NCBI GenBank assembly: GCA_964639345.1
Contig: CAZXDF010000014.1
Location: 1 to 35,811, forward strand
Origin: an uncultured candidatus Brocadiaceae bacterium
GTDB lineage: Bacteria > Planctomycetota > Brocadiia > SM23-32
Direction: 5' to 3'
DNA: 35,811 nucleotides
The notes under the pieces were generated by a model, which was given only the letters and a program-made list of their open reading frames with translations, was not told the origin of the DNA and searched no databases. The position numbers and the translations under genes were made by a program. Each line of letters begins with the position of its first letter. Positions within the stretch are counted from its first letter, which is position 1. Positions 9,518-17,203 of the stretch are shown here, piece by piece.

Positions 9518-10099
9518 TCACCTTCTGTACCTTCGAAGGGGCAGGAAGGCGTGGACCTGCCTCCGGTATTCCGTAAACTCCTGCCCGCACCTTTCGGCCA
9601 TCAGCCTGTCTTCCCGAACGGCCACGGCCGCAAGAAAAACTCCCGCGTAGGCCTCGCTTGCGAGCGCAATCGTGGTCAGGCGCCACGGCGCGTGGGGGAT
9701 CACGGTGGCCAGGATGCCCAGGCCGAACATGTAGATGCCCACGTAGAGCGGGTGTCGAACGAAGGCGTAAGCTCCCCTCGTGATGACCTTCGGCGTGTCC
9801 GCGCGGTACCCCGCCCAGGTGTGCTGCGCGCCGAGGTCGCTCTTGGCTCTTACCACTATGAGCGTGCCCAGGCCGGACAGGCCGAGGGCGACGAGGTCGA
9901 AGGCGAGAAGCCCGTCGAGCAGGAGCAGCGTGTAGGCGTGCACGGCTATGGGCAGAAGATAGCAGGCCTTGATGCTCAGGATGAACCGCTCGTCTATGAG
10001 CGGGGCCATCCGGCCCTTGTTTCTGAAGTCCGAAATGAAGGCCACGTAGGTGAGCACGACCGCGAACTGGACGGTCTTGAACGCGATGAGCGGAGTCAC
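9518..10099 (-). CDS. Isoprenylcysteine carboxyl / phospholipid methyltransferase-family membrane protein
   Basis: The C-terminal part of track ORF 9518..10675 is hydrophobic and carries 'FVRHPLYVGIYMFGLG'. The N-terminal part of that ORF overlaps the M48 gene in another frame, so I trimmed it. The proposed GTG start at 10099 has AGGAG 13 nt upstream. The ATG at MAPLIDERF is an alternative. Confidence 0.65.
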   Translation of the reverse strand: MTPLIAFKTVQFAVVLTYVAFISDFRNKGRMAPLIDERFILSIKACYLLPIAVHAYTLLLLDGLLAFDLVALGLSGLGTLIVVRAKSDLGAQHTWAGYRADTPKVITRGAYAFVRHPLYVGIYMFGLGILATVIPHAPWRLTTIALASEAYAGVFLAAVAVREDRLMAERCGQEFTEYRRQVHAFLPLRRYRR

Positions 10100-10118
10100 G
10101 GGTCTTTTCGCTCCTGCG

Positions 10119-11549
10119 TCAGAGTACGGCGACCGGCTGGAGCACGCGCGCGCGAGCGAGCGCCCGGCGGCGGCGCTCGCCGGTGAGGCCCGCGTTGAGG
10201 GCCGCAACGTAAGCCCCGTAGGCCTCGGCCCGCTTGCCGGTGCGGTCGTAGCATTCCGCCAGGACGTAGAGCAGATCAGGATCGTCCGGGGCGGCCTGTG
10301 CGGCCTTCTCGAGGGGAGGGATGGCCTCGGCGTACTTCTGCTGGCTGTAGCGGGACAGGCCCAGGCCGTACTGAGCCAGGGGGCTGATGGGAAAGCCGTG
10401 GGCGGCCGTGGCGAACTGTCGCTCGGCCTCGGCGAACTCGTCCCGCTCATACGCCACCTGCCCCAGCCCGATGTTTGCTGGCACATGCCGGCGGTCGATG
10501 CGCAGGGCCTGCCGGTAGGCCGCCTCGGCCTCTGCCAGACGGTCGAGCCCAAGGAGCGCGTCACCCCTGAGCCTGTGGAACTGAGCCTGGTCGGCGCGCA
10601 TCCCGATGGCCTCCTCGGCGGCGCGGAGCGCATCGTCGTAATTGCGCTCGGCCAGCCCCTTGTTCCCACGGTCATAGGGCTCGAAGGCCTCGTTGACCTC
10701 GCGGAGGCCCATCATGCGGCGATTCCAGCGCCCGGCGTAGATGCCGTCCCCCTGGATGAGCCCGCTAGTGAGGAGCCGCTTCTCGTCGATGACCGATTGG
10801 ATCTCGGCCAGCCGCTCGTTCAGCGGCGGGTGGGTGGAGAGGTACCTGCTCAGGACGGTTTCCTTGCGGCCGGCGAGGCGGCTGAGCAGACGCTGCATGG
10901 ACAGCGCCTCGCGGGGGTCCCAACCCGACAGGGCCATGTAGTAGGTGCCGACGCGGTCGGCCTGGTACTCCATCTCGCGGCTGTAGGACAGGTTCAGCAG
11001 GGCCACGCCCGCCTGGCCCAGCACGAGGGCGTTCCGGCCGCCCTCGCCCAGCGCCGCCCCCGTCACGCCCAGCCCCAGGGACATCAGCGTCTGCCGGGTC
11101 ATCTGCTTGGCCGTATGGCCGGCGGCCACGTGCCCGAGCTCGTGCGCCATGACGGCGGCGAACTGGGCCTCGTTCTCGATACCGGAAACGAAGCCGCGCG
11201 TTGCGTAGACGTGCCCCGGGATGGCAAAGGCGTTGACGACCGAGGAGTTCACCAGCGTGAAGTCCGTCCGCATTCCCGGCCGGTGGGTGTTGGCGTACAG
11301 GCGCATCACGATCGCGCCGAGGTAGCGTTTGAGATCGGGGTCCAGGCACTCCCCGTCATACATGAAGATTATGCTCGGGTGATAGCCGTCGCCCATCCCG
11401 AGTTCCTGGTCCGGGGAGATGAGCATCAGGTCCGTGCCGCCGGTGACGGGATTGGTGCGGCATCCCGAAACGGGAAGCAGAGCGCCCGCGCAAAGCAGGG
11501 CGCACCAGAAGGCAGCCACCCGCCCAGCTGTCTTAGCGGTGTCTTTCAT
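10119..11549 (-). CDS. M48-family zinc metalloprotease with C-terminal TPR repeats (BepA-like), lipoprotein
   Basis: 476 aa with the lipobox 'LLPVSGC' and the zinc site 'HELGHVAAGH'. The C-terminus has TPR-like repeats ('AEAAYRQALRIDRRH', 'YAEAIPPLEKAAQAAPDD'). Confidence 0.85.
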   Translation of the reverse strand: MKDTAKTAGRVAAFWCALLCAGALLPVSGCRTNPVTGGTDLMLISPDQELGMGDGYHPSIIFMYDGECLDPDLKRYLGAIVMRLYANTHRPGMRTDFTLVNSSVVNAFAIPGHVYATRGFVSGIENEAQFAAVMAHELGHVAAGHTAKQMTRQTLMSLGLGVTGAALGEGGRNALVLGQAGVALLNLSYSREMEYQADRVGTYYMALSGWDPREALSMQRLLSRLAGRKETVLSRYLSTHPPLNERLAEIQSVIDEKRLLTSGLIQGDGIYAGRWNRRMMGLREVNEAFEPYDRGNKGLAERNYDDALRAAEEAIGMRADQAQFHRLRGDALLGLDRLAEAEAAYRQALRIDRRHVPANIGLGQVAYERDEFAEAERQFATAAHGFPISPLAQYGLGLSRYSQQKYAEAIPPLEKAAQAAPDDPDLLYVLAECYDRTGKRAEAYGAYVAALNAGLTGERRRRALARARVLQPVAVL

Positions 11550-11573
11550 CCCGGCTCCTGAGTTGGGCGCGGA

Positions 11574-11765
11574 TCAGCGCGTGCGAACGCGCACGTAGTC
11601 CGGCCGGCCGGCATCGGGATCGGCGTAGTTGAGGTTGCGCTCCAACTGCTCCAGTCGCGGCTGCCCCTGCCGCGGCTGAAGGTCCACGATGTTCCGCGAC
11701 ATCGGGCAGCCCGCCGACAGCAACCCCGCCAGCAGCGCCGCAGCCGCAATGAATACCTTACGCAT
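11574..11765 (-). CDS. Small putative lipoprotein
   Basis: 63 aa. The signal peptide ends in 'LLSAGC'. It sits between two co-directional envelope genes. No family recognised. Confidence 0.5.
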   Translation of the reverse strand: MRKVFIAAAALLAGLLSAGCPMSRNIVDLQPRQGQPRLEQLERNLNYADPDAGRPDYVRVRTR

Positions 11766-11825
11766 ATCTATCCTCCGTCCCGGGCCGCCATTGCATCAGC
11801 CGGCCGCGCGACAAGGGGAGGGCAA

Positions 11826-12662
11826 TCACTCCCCGCCCTCATCCTCGCCTTTCCCGTCCTTCGACCCGAAGATGCCGCCCAGCGTGTCCTTCAGCGTCCC
11901 TTCAGCCCCTTCCAGCGCACCCTTTCCCGCCTCCAGGAGGTCCTTGCCTGACTCAAGCGCTTCCTTGCCGCCCTCGATGTCGCCCTTCATGAGCGCGGAG
12001 GCCAGCTCACCCGGCAGCTCCCCGAGCGCCTTCAGATCGGAGGCCTTGGCCACGGCGGCGAACACCTCCTTGCGGAGCGATTCGACCACCTGCACCAGCA
12101 CATTCCTCACCGTCACTCCCGTGCCCTCGGCGGTGCGGATGTCCTTTATCTCCACCGTGGGCAGGGGGACGCTGACGGGCATCCCCTCGATCTTGATCCT
12201 GCCGTTCGTAAACACCAGCCGGTCCAGGCGGATGTTCTTCGACAACTCTTCCTTCTCTTCCTCGGACGGCTCGCCCTTCAGGCCTTCCATGATGACGTCC
12301 CAGTTGATGCGCCCGCCGGACATTTCGATCGTGATCTCCGCGCCATCGATCACGACTTCGCGCACCACTATCTCGTCGCCCAGCAAGGAAGCCAGCTTGA
12401 CCTCCACATGACCGTGGCCGAGGCGGAATATCTCCTCGGCCTTGAAACCATCCGGGCTGCCCAGCACGAGCCCGTCAAGCCCGAACGAGCCGTCGGTCAC
12501 GGATACAGACGCCTTCTCCAGCGTCGTCGGCACACCGAGCACCATGTTCCCGCCGGTCTCCACGGCGGCCTTGGCGGCGCGGTTCAGATTCAGGAGCAGG
12601 ATGACCGCGCCGATGCACAACAGCGCCACTACCACCAAGAGCAGCTTGACAAGCTTCTTCAT
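11826..12662 (-). CDS. Membrane-anchored protein, AsmA/DUF748-like N-terminal region (tentative), G/E/K-rich tail
   Basis: Start set at the ATG at 12662 (MKKLVKLLLVVVALLCIGAVILLL), giving one N-terminal TM helix. It is followed by beta-rich 'GHVEVKLASLLGDEIVVREVVIDGAEITIE', resembling AsmA-type N-termini. The C-terminal low-complexity stretch is 'GKEALESGKDLLEAGKGALEGAEG'. Confidence 0.5.
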   Translation of the reverse strand: MKKLVKLLLVVVALLCIGAVILLLNLNRAAKAAVETGGNMVLGVPTTLEKASVSVTDGSFGLDGLVLGSPDGFKAEEIFRLGHGHVEVKLASLLGDEIVVREVVIDGAEITIEMSGGRINWDVIMEGLKGEPSEEEKEELSKNIRLDRLVFTNGRIKIEGMPVSVPLPTVEIKDIRTAEGTGVTVRNVLVQVVESLRKEVFAAVAKASDLKALGELPGELASALMKGDIEGGKEALESGKDLLEAGKGALEGAEGTLKDTLGGIFGSKDGKGEDEGGE

Positions 12663-12896
12663 GGGCGCGGCCCCCGCCAAGAGAAGTTCCCGGATCGGTC
12701 CGAATGCCGCCGCCGGCCGGTGGCGTGCCGGCGCGGCGGATCGGCGTCACTGACCCCCAATATACCGCCTGCCCCCCGGCGACCGCAAGACATCCGTGCG
12801 GGACCAGTTGCTTTCATGCACGCAGCTATGTTCTCCCCCATGCGAGTCCCCACTGCCGAGCGCGGCGTCAGCATCGTCTGCCGCGGTCTCACTCAC

Positions 12897-12925
12897 TTGA
12901 CTTGCCGCTCGATCTGAGGGACAAT
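12897..12925 (+). promoter_or_regulatory. Candidate sigma70-like promoter for the por operon (TTGACT-17-GACAAT)
   Basis: The motif match was read by eye about 70 nt upstream of the porG ATG. The consensus may not apply to this lineage. Confidence 0.25.
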
Positions 12926-12996
12926 GAAACACTTTGCGTGCTTTGCCGGGCAATCGTCTCTTTTCAACCGCGTTGTGCCTAATAGGTTTCCAGCCA

Positions 12997-13578
12997 ATGG
13001 GTAAGAAGCAGCTCCAGATACGATGGCACGGGCGCGGGGGCCAGGGCGCCAAGACCGCTGCGGGCATGGTGGCCGAGGTGGCCGTGGGGGCCGGCCGACA
13101 CGCGCAGGGAGCGCCCGAATACGGCGCCGAACGCGAAGGTGCGCCCATCAAGGCTTACACGCGCATCAGCGAAAGACCCATCCGGGTCCATGACGCCATC
13201 TACTATCCGAACGTGGTCGTCGTGCTGGACGAGACCCTCCTAGACACCGAGAGCGTGGCCGAGGGCCTGGCCGAGGGCGGCATCCTGCTGGTCAACACCA
13301 ACGCCTCGCCCGCCGAAGTTCGCCAGAAGCTCGGCCTGGACGGCCGAACGGTGTGCACCATCGACGCTACCGACATTGCCCTGGAGGAGATCGGGCGGCC
13401 GATTCCGAACACGGTCATGGTGGGCGCGCTGCTGAAGGTGACCGGGGCGGTGGCCGTCGAGGACATCGAGAAGGCGATCCACAAGAAGTTCGACAAGAAA
13501 CTGAGCGCCGGGATGCTCGAGGGCAACATCCGGGCCGTCGGGCGCGCGGCTAAGGAGGTGCAGACCGACGGTGGCTAA
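12997..13578 (+). CDS. porG: Pyruvate/2-oxoacid:ferredoxin oxidoreductase gamma subunit
   Basis: I trimmed the ORF to the ATG at 12997. 'IRWHGRGGQGAKTAAGM' is the typical gamma-subunit opening. It is the first gene of porGDAB. Confidence 0.85.
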   Translation: MGKKQLQIRWHGRGGQGAKTAAGMVAEVAVGAGRHAQGAPEYGAEREGAPIKAYTRISERPIRVHDAIYYPNVVVVLDETLLDTESVAEGLAEGGILLVNTNASPAEVRQKLGLDGRTVCTIDATDIALEEIGRPIPNTVMVGALLKVTGAVAVEDIEKAIHKKFDKKLSAGMLEGNIRAVGRAAKEVQTDGG

Positions 13579-13903
13579 GAAGCTGATGAAGAAGGGCGAG
13601 ATGGTCCCCGGCGCGGTAGTACCGGGTGGGAGCATGGCGGGCCTGCACACGGGTTCCTGGCGCACCTACGCGCCGAGGACCGACTTCGAGAAGTGCACCC
13701 ACTGCCTGTTGTGCTGGATATATTGCCCGGACAGCGCGATCGAGGTCAAGGGCGGCAAGAAGCTCGGGACCAACTTCCAGTACTGCAAGGGCTGCGGTAT
13801 CTGCGCCAAGGAATGCCCCGCCGACGCCATCGAGATACAGCTCGAAAGCGAGATGGCCGACCGGGAAAAGGAAGACGAGCAGCCCCGGGAAAGGAAGGAT
13901 TGA
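13571..13903 (+). CDS. porD: Pyruvate:ferredoxin oxidoreductase delta subunit (2x[4Fe-4S])
   Basis: It has two cluster motifs, 'CTHCLLCWIYCP' and 'CKGCGICAKECP'. The GTG start at 13571 overlaps the porG stop, and the ATG at 13586 is an alternative. There is an acidic C-terminal tail. Confidence 0.85.
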   Translation: MAKKLMKKGEMVPGAVVPGGSMAGLHTGSWRTYAPRTDFEKCTHCLLCWIYCPDSAIEVKGGKKLGTNFQYCKGCGICAKECPADAIEIQLESEMADREKEDEQPRERKD

Positions 13904-13907
13904 CCCA

Positions 13908-15068
13908 ATGGGCGAAAGAGTGGCGTTGACCGGCAACGACTCGGCGGCCTATGCGCTGAAGCAGATCAACCCGGACGTCGTGGCTGCCTATCCGATCACC
14001 CCGCAGACGGAGATGATGCACAAGTTCGCCGAATACGTGGCCGACGGGGAGGTCGTCACCGAGTTCGTGCGGGTCGAGAGCGAGCACAGCGCGATGAGCG
14101 CGGTGGTCGGCGCGTCGCTGGCCGGGGCGCGCTGCTGCACCGCCACCAGCTCGGCCGGGCTGGCGCTGATGTGGGAAGTGCTCTACATCGCGGCAAGCTG
14201 CCGCTGCCCCATCATCATGCCCGTCGTCAACCGGGCGCTGAGCGCCCCGATCAACATCCACTGCGACCACAGCGACACGATGGGCGCGCGCGACGCGGGC
14301 TGGATTCAGCTCTACTCCGAGAACTGCCAGGAGGCCTACGACAACGTGCTCCAGGCCGTCCGCATCGCCGAGCACGCCGACGTCCGGCTGCCCGTCATGG
14401 TCACCCTCGACGGCTTCATCCTCAGCCACACCCTCGAGGGCCTCGAGGTGAACGATACCGAGGTCGCGAGGGACTTCATCGGCGAGTTCAAGCCAGAGCG
14501 CAGCCTCCTCGAGGTGGACGCGCCGGAGACCTTCGGCGCCTTCGCGCTCCAGAACTACTACTTCGAGTTCAAGAAGCAGCAGGTCGACGCTATGGAGAAC
14601 GCCCGCGGCGTTATCGCCGAGATCGGCGCCGAGTACAGGCAGCTGACCGGCCGCGCCTACGGGCACCTCGACCCATATCGGTGCAAGGACGCCGAGGTCA
14701 TCATCGTGGGCCTGGGATCGACGATGGGCACGGCCAAGGAGGCCGCCGATCAGGCGCGCGAGGAAGACGGCATCAAGGCCGGCGTCCTGAAGGTGCGCAC
14801 CTTCAGGCCGTTCCCGGGCGAGGAGATACGCAAGGCGCTTGGCCAGGCCGCGACGATCGGCGTGATGGACCGGGCGATTTCGTTCGGCCTGGGCGGGCCG
14901 CTTTATCATGAGGTGCGCTCGGCCTGCCGCGGCGCGTCCAGCCCGATGCTCAATTTCATCTACGGCCTGGGCGGGCGCGACCTGAGGCTGGAGGACGTGA
15001 GGGAAGTCTTCCGGACCCTCGCCAAGGCCGAAGACTGCGGCGTCGAATACATCGGGCTGAGGGAATAG
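13908..15068 (+). CDS. porA: Pyruvate:ferredoxin oxidoreductase alpha subunit
   Basis: I trimmed track ORF 13626..15068 to the ATG at 13908 (MGERVALTGNDSAAYALKQINPDVVAAYPITPQTE). Stop is TAG. Confidence 0.9.
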   Translation: MGERVALTGNDSAAYALKQINPDVVAAYPITPQTEMMHKFAEYVADGEVVTEFVRVESEHSAMSAVVGASLAGARCCTATSSAGLALMWEVLYIAASCRCPIIMPVVNRALSAPINIHCDHSDTMGARDAGWIQLYSENCQEAYDNVLQAVRIAEHADVRLPVMVTLDGFILSHTLEGLEVNDTEVARDFIGEFKPERSLLEVDAPETFGAFALQNYYFEFKKQQVDAMENARGVIAEIGAEYRQLTGRAYGHLDPYRCKDAEVIIVGLGSTMGTAKEAADQAREEDGIKAGVLKVRTFRPFPGEEIRKALGQAATIGVMDRAISFGLGGPLYHEVRSACRGASSPMLNFIYGLGGRDLRLEDVREVFRTLAKAEDCGVEYIGLRE

Positions 15069-15124
15069 ACAACTACACGCCCGCGCAAGGCTGACACACA
15101 AGACGGCACGTTGGGAGAACGCGA

Positions 15125-16069
15125 ATGCCGACGACGAAACTCAAAGAATTGGGCGACTTCCCCGAACTGCTTTCGGGAGGTCACGCTGCCTGCCCCGGTT
15201 GCGCGGGGCCGATCATCCTGCGGCAGGCCCTGCTGGCCGCGCAGCAGGACGGCGCCAGTGTCGTCGTCAGCATCGCCACCGGCTGCATGGAGGTCAGCAC
15301 CACCCTGTACCCCAACTCCGCCTGGCGCGTCCCCCTGGTCCACAGCGCCTTCGAGAACGCCGCCGCCACCATCAGCGGCGCAGAGGCCGCATACCGCAGC
15401 CTCAAGAGGCAGGGCAAGGTCAAGGACGACATCCGTTTCATCGCCTTCGGAGGGGACGGCGGCACCTACGACATCGGCCTCCAGTCGCTGTCGGGAGCGC
15501 TCGAACGCGGCCACAACTTCACCTACATCTGCTACGACAACGAAGCCTACATGAACACCGGCATTCAGCGTTCTGGCGCCACCCCGAAGGGCGCGTTCAC
15601 CACGACCGCTCCGGCCGGCAAGGTGAGCTCCGGCAAGACGCAGGTCAAGAAGGACCTGACGGCCATCGTCGCCGCCCACGGCATACCGTACGTGGCGCAG
15701 GCAGCCCCGCATCGCACCCGCGACCTGATGCAAAAGGTCCAGAAGGCCGTCGCCATCGAAGGCCCGTGTTTCCTCAACATCCTCGCGCCCTGCCCGCGCG
15801 GGTGGCGCTACGAGCCCGCGGACACGATCCAGCTATGCAAGTTCGCCGCCGACATCTGCCTGTGGCCGCTGTATGAGATCGAGGACGGCAAGCTCAAGAT
15901 CAACTACAAGCCGCGCGAGAAAAAGCCCGTCGAAGAGTGGCTCAAGGGGCAGGGCCGCTTCAAGCACCTATTCAGCCCCAAGAACGAGCACCTCGTCGCC
16001 GAAATCCAGGCCGATATCGACCGCAGATGGGAAGCACTCCTCAAGCGCGAGGAAGACGACAAGAGCTAG
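15125..16069 (+). CDS. porB: Pyruvate:ferredoxin oxidoreductase beta subunit (TPP-binding)
   Basis: 'GHAACPGCAGPI' and the TPP motif 'FGGDGGTYDIGLQS...YDNEAYMNTG'. Stop is TAG. Confidence 0.9.
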   Translation: MPTTKLKELGDFPELLSGGHAACPGCAGPIILRQALLAAQQDGASVVVSIATGCMEVSTTLYPNSAWRVPLVHSAFENAAATISGAEAAYRSLKRQGKVKDDIRFIAFGGDGGTYDIGLQSLSGALERGHNFTYICYDNEAYMNTGIQRSGATPKGAFTTTAPAGKVSSGKTQVKKDLTAIVAAHGIPYVAQAAPHRTRDLMQKVQKAVAIEGPCFLNILAPCPRGWRYEPADTIQLCKFAADICLWPLYEIEDGKLKINYKPREKKPVEEWLKGQGRFKHLFSPKNEHLVAEIQADIDRRWEALLKREEDDKS

Positions 16070-16115
16070 CGCTCCGTCAACCTTGCTTTGACGGGTGCAA
16101 CGGCCACACCTCCAT

Positions 16116-16166
16116 GGGTAGCGCCGCCGTCTCGGCGGCGACGGAGGCGAGACGCCTCCGCTACCC
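16116..16166. repeat. REP-doublet (REPIN-like) palindromic element with GTAG/CTAC termini
   Basis: Sequence is GGGTAGCG-[GCCGCCG TCT CGGCGGC]-GAC-[GGAGGCG AGA CGCCTCC]-GCTACCC. It has a closing stem GGGTAGC/GCTACCC plus two 7-bp hairpins whose loops form CGTCTCG/CGAGACG. The architecture matches 23831..23900. Confidence 0.6.
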
Positions 16167-16345
16167 TGGGTGAGTGGAAGTCCTCGACCGGTCATGCCCG
16201 ACTTGACAGAGCAATAGTCGCACTTGAACGCCGGGTAAACGGGCGCCCGGAGGAAGCGTCGAGCGTTTCTATATGCCCGGGGCAACGCAGTAGGGGGGCT
16301 TATCATGTTCTTCGTCCTGACCGATGAGAAGGGGGATTGGCGGAG

Positions 16346-17203
16346 ATGATGCGACATGGATGGCTCTTTCTGGTCTTGCCTGTTGCCGTCGCCGCACTGG
16401 GCGGATGCTCCGTGACAGGCTTGGAGCGGAGCGCCTCGGCAGGTTATGGTGCTCCTGCGGGCGAAGCAGAACCGGGTGAGACGGAACTTCGCGTGTGGAA
16501 ACCCAGCAAGAGTGTCAAGGTGATTCTGACCCCCTCGGAGCGTGAGAGCCAACCGGGTGGGATCCAGTGGATTGGAACGGAAGGCAGCACGTTATTGAGA
16601 ACCTGGAGTATCACGAGGTTCTTCGGTAGGCCCTGCCTGCTCGGCTCTTATCCCGACCAGTTAGTTGTGTTGCCGTATCTTGTGGGCGGGGGAACGGGAG
16701 CCGCCGAGTATGACTGGGTCGTCATATCTAGACTGGATGGCAAGCCGGCCTTGCGGGAGATGGGGCTTTGGAGGTATTGGTCTGTCTCCAAGGACTCGTA
16801 CGAGTTTAGACTGTCGCCTGCCTTAGCGGCTGTCGGCGCGGAGGTTCGCCAGACCGCTATCGAGTTTCTATACGTGGCGAGGCATGAGGGAGAGGCTGAC
16901 ATAATAGAGGGTACCCTCCTGCTGTGCTGCCCCAACGCCGAGGGAGCTTCTTGGCGGCTGTGTCCGCTGAGGCTGGAAGATGCATTGTCCTGTGTTGCGC
17001 TATTGGACTGCCGTCTTGATGCCGCCCGACATTGGGCCTCGGGAATCCTTGCAGTAATGGCACCCGATGAGACTGCAGCGCATCTCGAAACTGAACCCAA
17101 TTCGTCCGAAAAAGTAGAGAGAGCGCAGGCGCTCAGGCGTGCTTTGACCCGTTGGTACGCGGAGAAAGACCTTCGAGCGCGAAGCGGGCGTCGAGGGCCA
17201 TGA
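16346..17203 (+). CDS. Hypothetical lipoprotein (orphan, lower GC)
   Basis: The ATG at 16346 has GGGGGA upstream, and the signal peptide ends in 'AALGGC'. No family recognised. The 3' end overlaps the convergent acd gene by 71 nt. Confidence 0.5.
   Translation: MMRHGWLFLVLPVAVAALGGCSVTGLERSASAGYGAPAGEAEPGETELRVWKPSKSVKVILTPSERESQPGGIQWIGTEGSTLLRTWSITRFFGRPCLLGSYPDQLVVLPYLVGGGTGAAEYDWVVISRLDGKPALREMGLWRYWSVSKDSYEFRLSPALAAVGAEVRQTAIEFLYVARHEGEADIIEGTLLLCCPNAEGASWRLCPLRLEDALSCVALLDCRLDAARHWASGILAVMAPDETAAHLETEPNSSEKVERAQALRRALTRWYAEKDLRARSGRRGP

Noticed and set aside
13746-15101. 451-aa minus-strand ORF opposite porA. Similar shadow ORFs lie opposite lpdA (5167..6489), icd (32965..34161), the M48 gene (10050..11561) and rsgA (8..1075).
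   Set aside because: Each overlaps a gene with unambiguous conserved motifs on the other strand, and the translations are R/A/G/P-rich with no recognisable domain.
16074-16094. Hairpin CCGTCAA-CCTTGCT-TTGACGG just after porB as an intrinsic terminator
   Set aside because: The stem is short and only moderately GC-rich and is not followed by a U-tract. The adjacent REP doublet is the more likely 3'-end structure, so I did not annotate it as a terminator.
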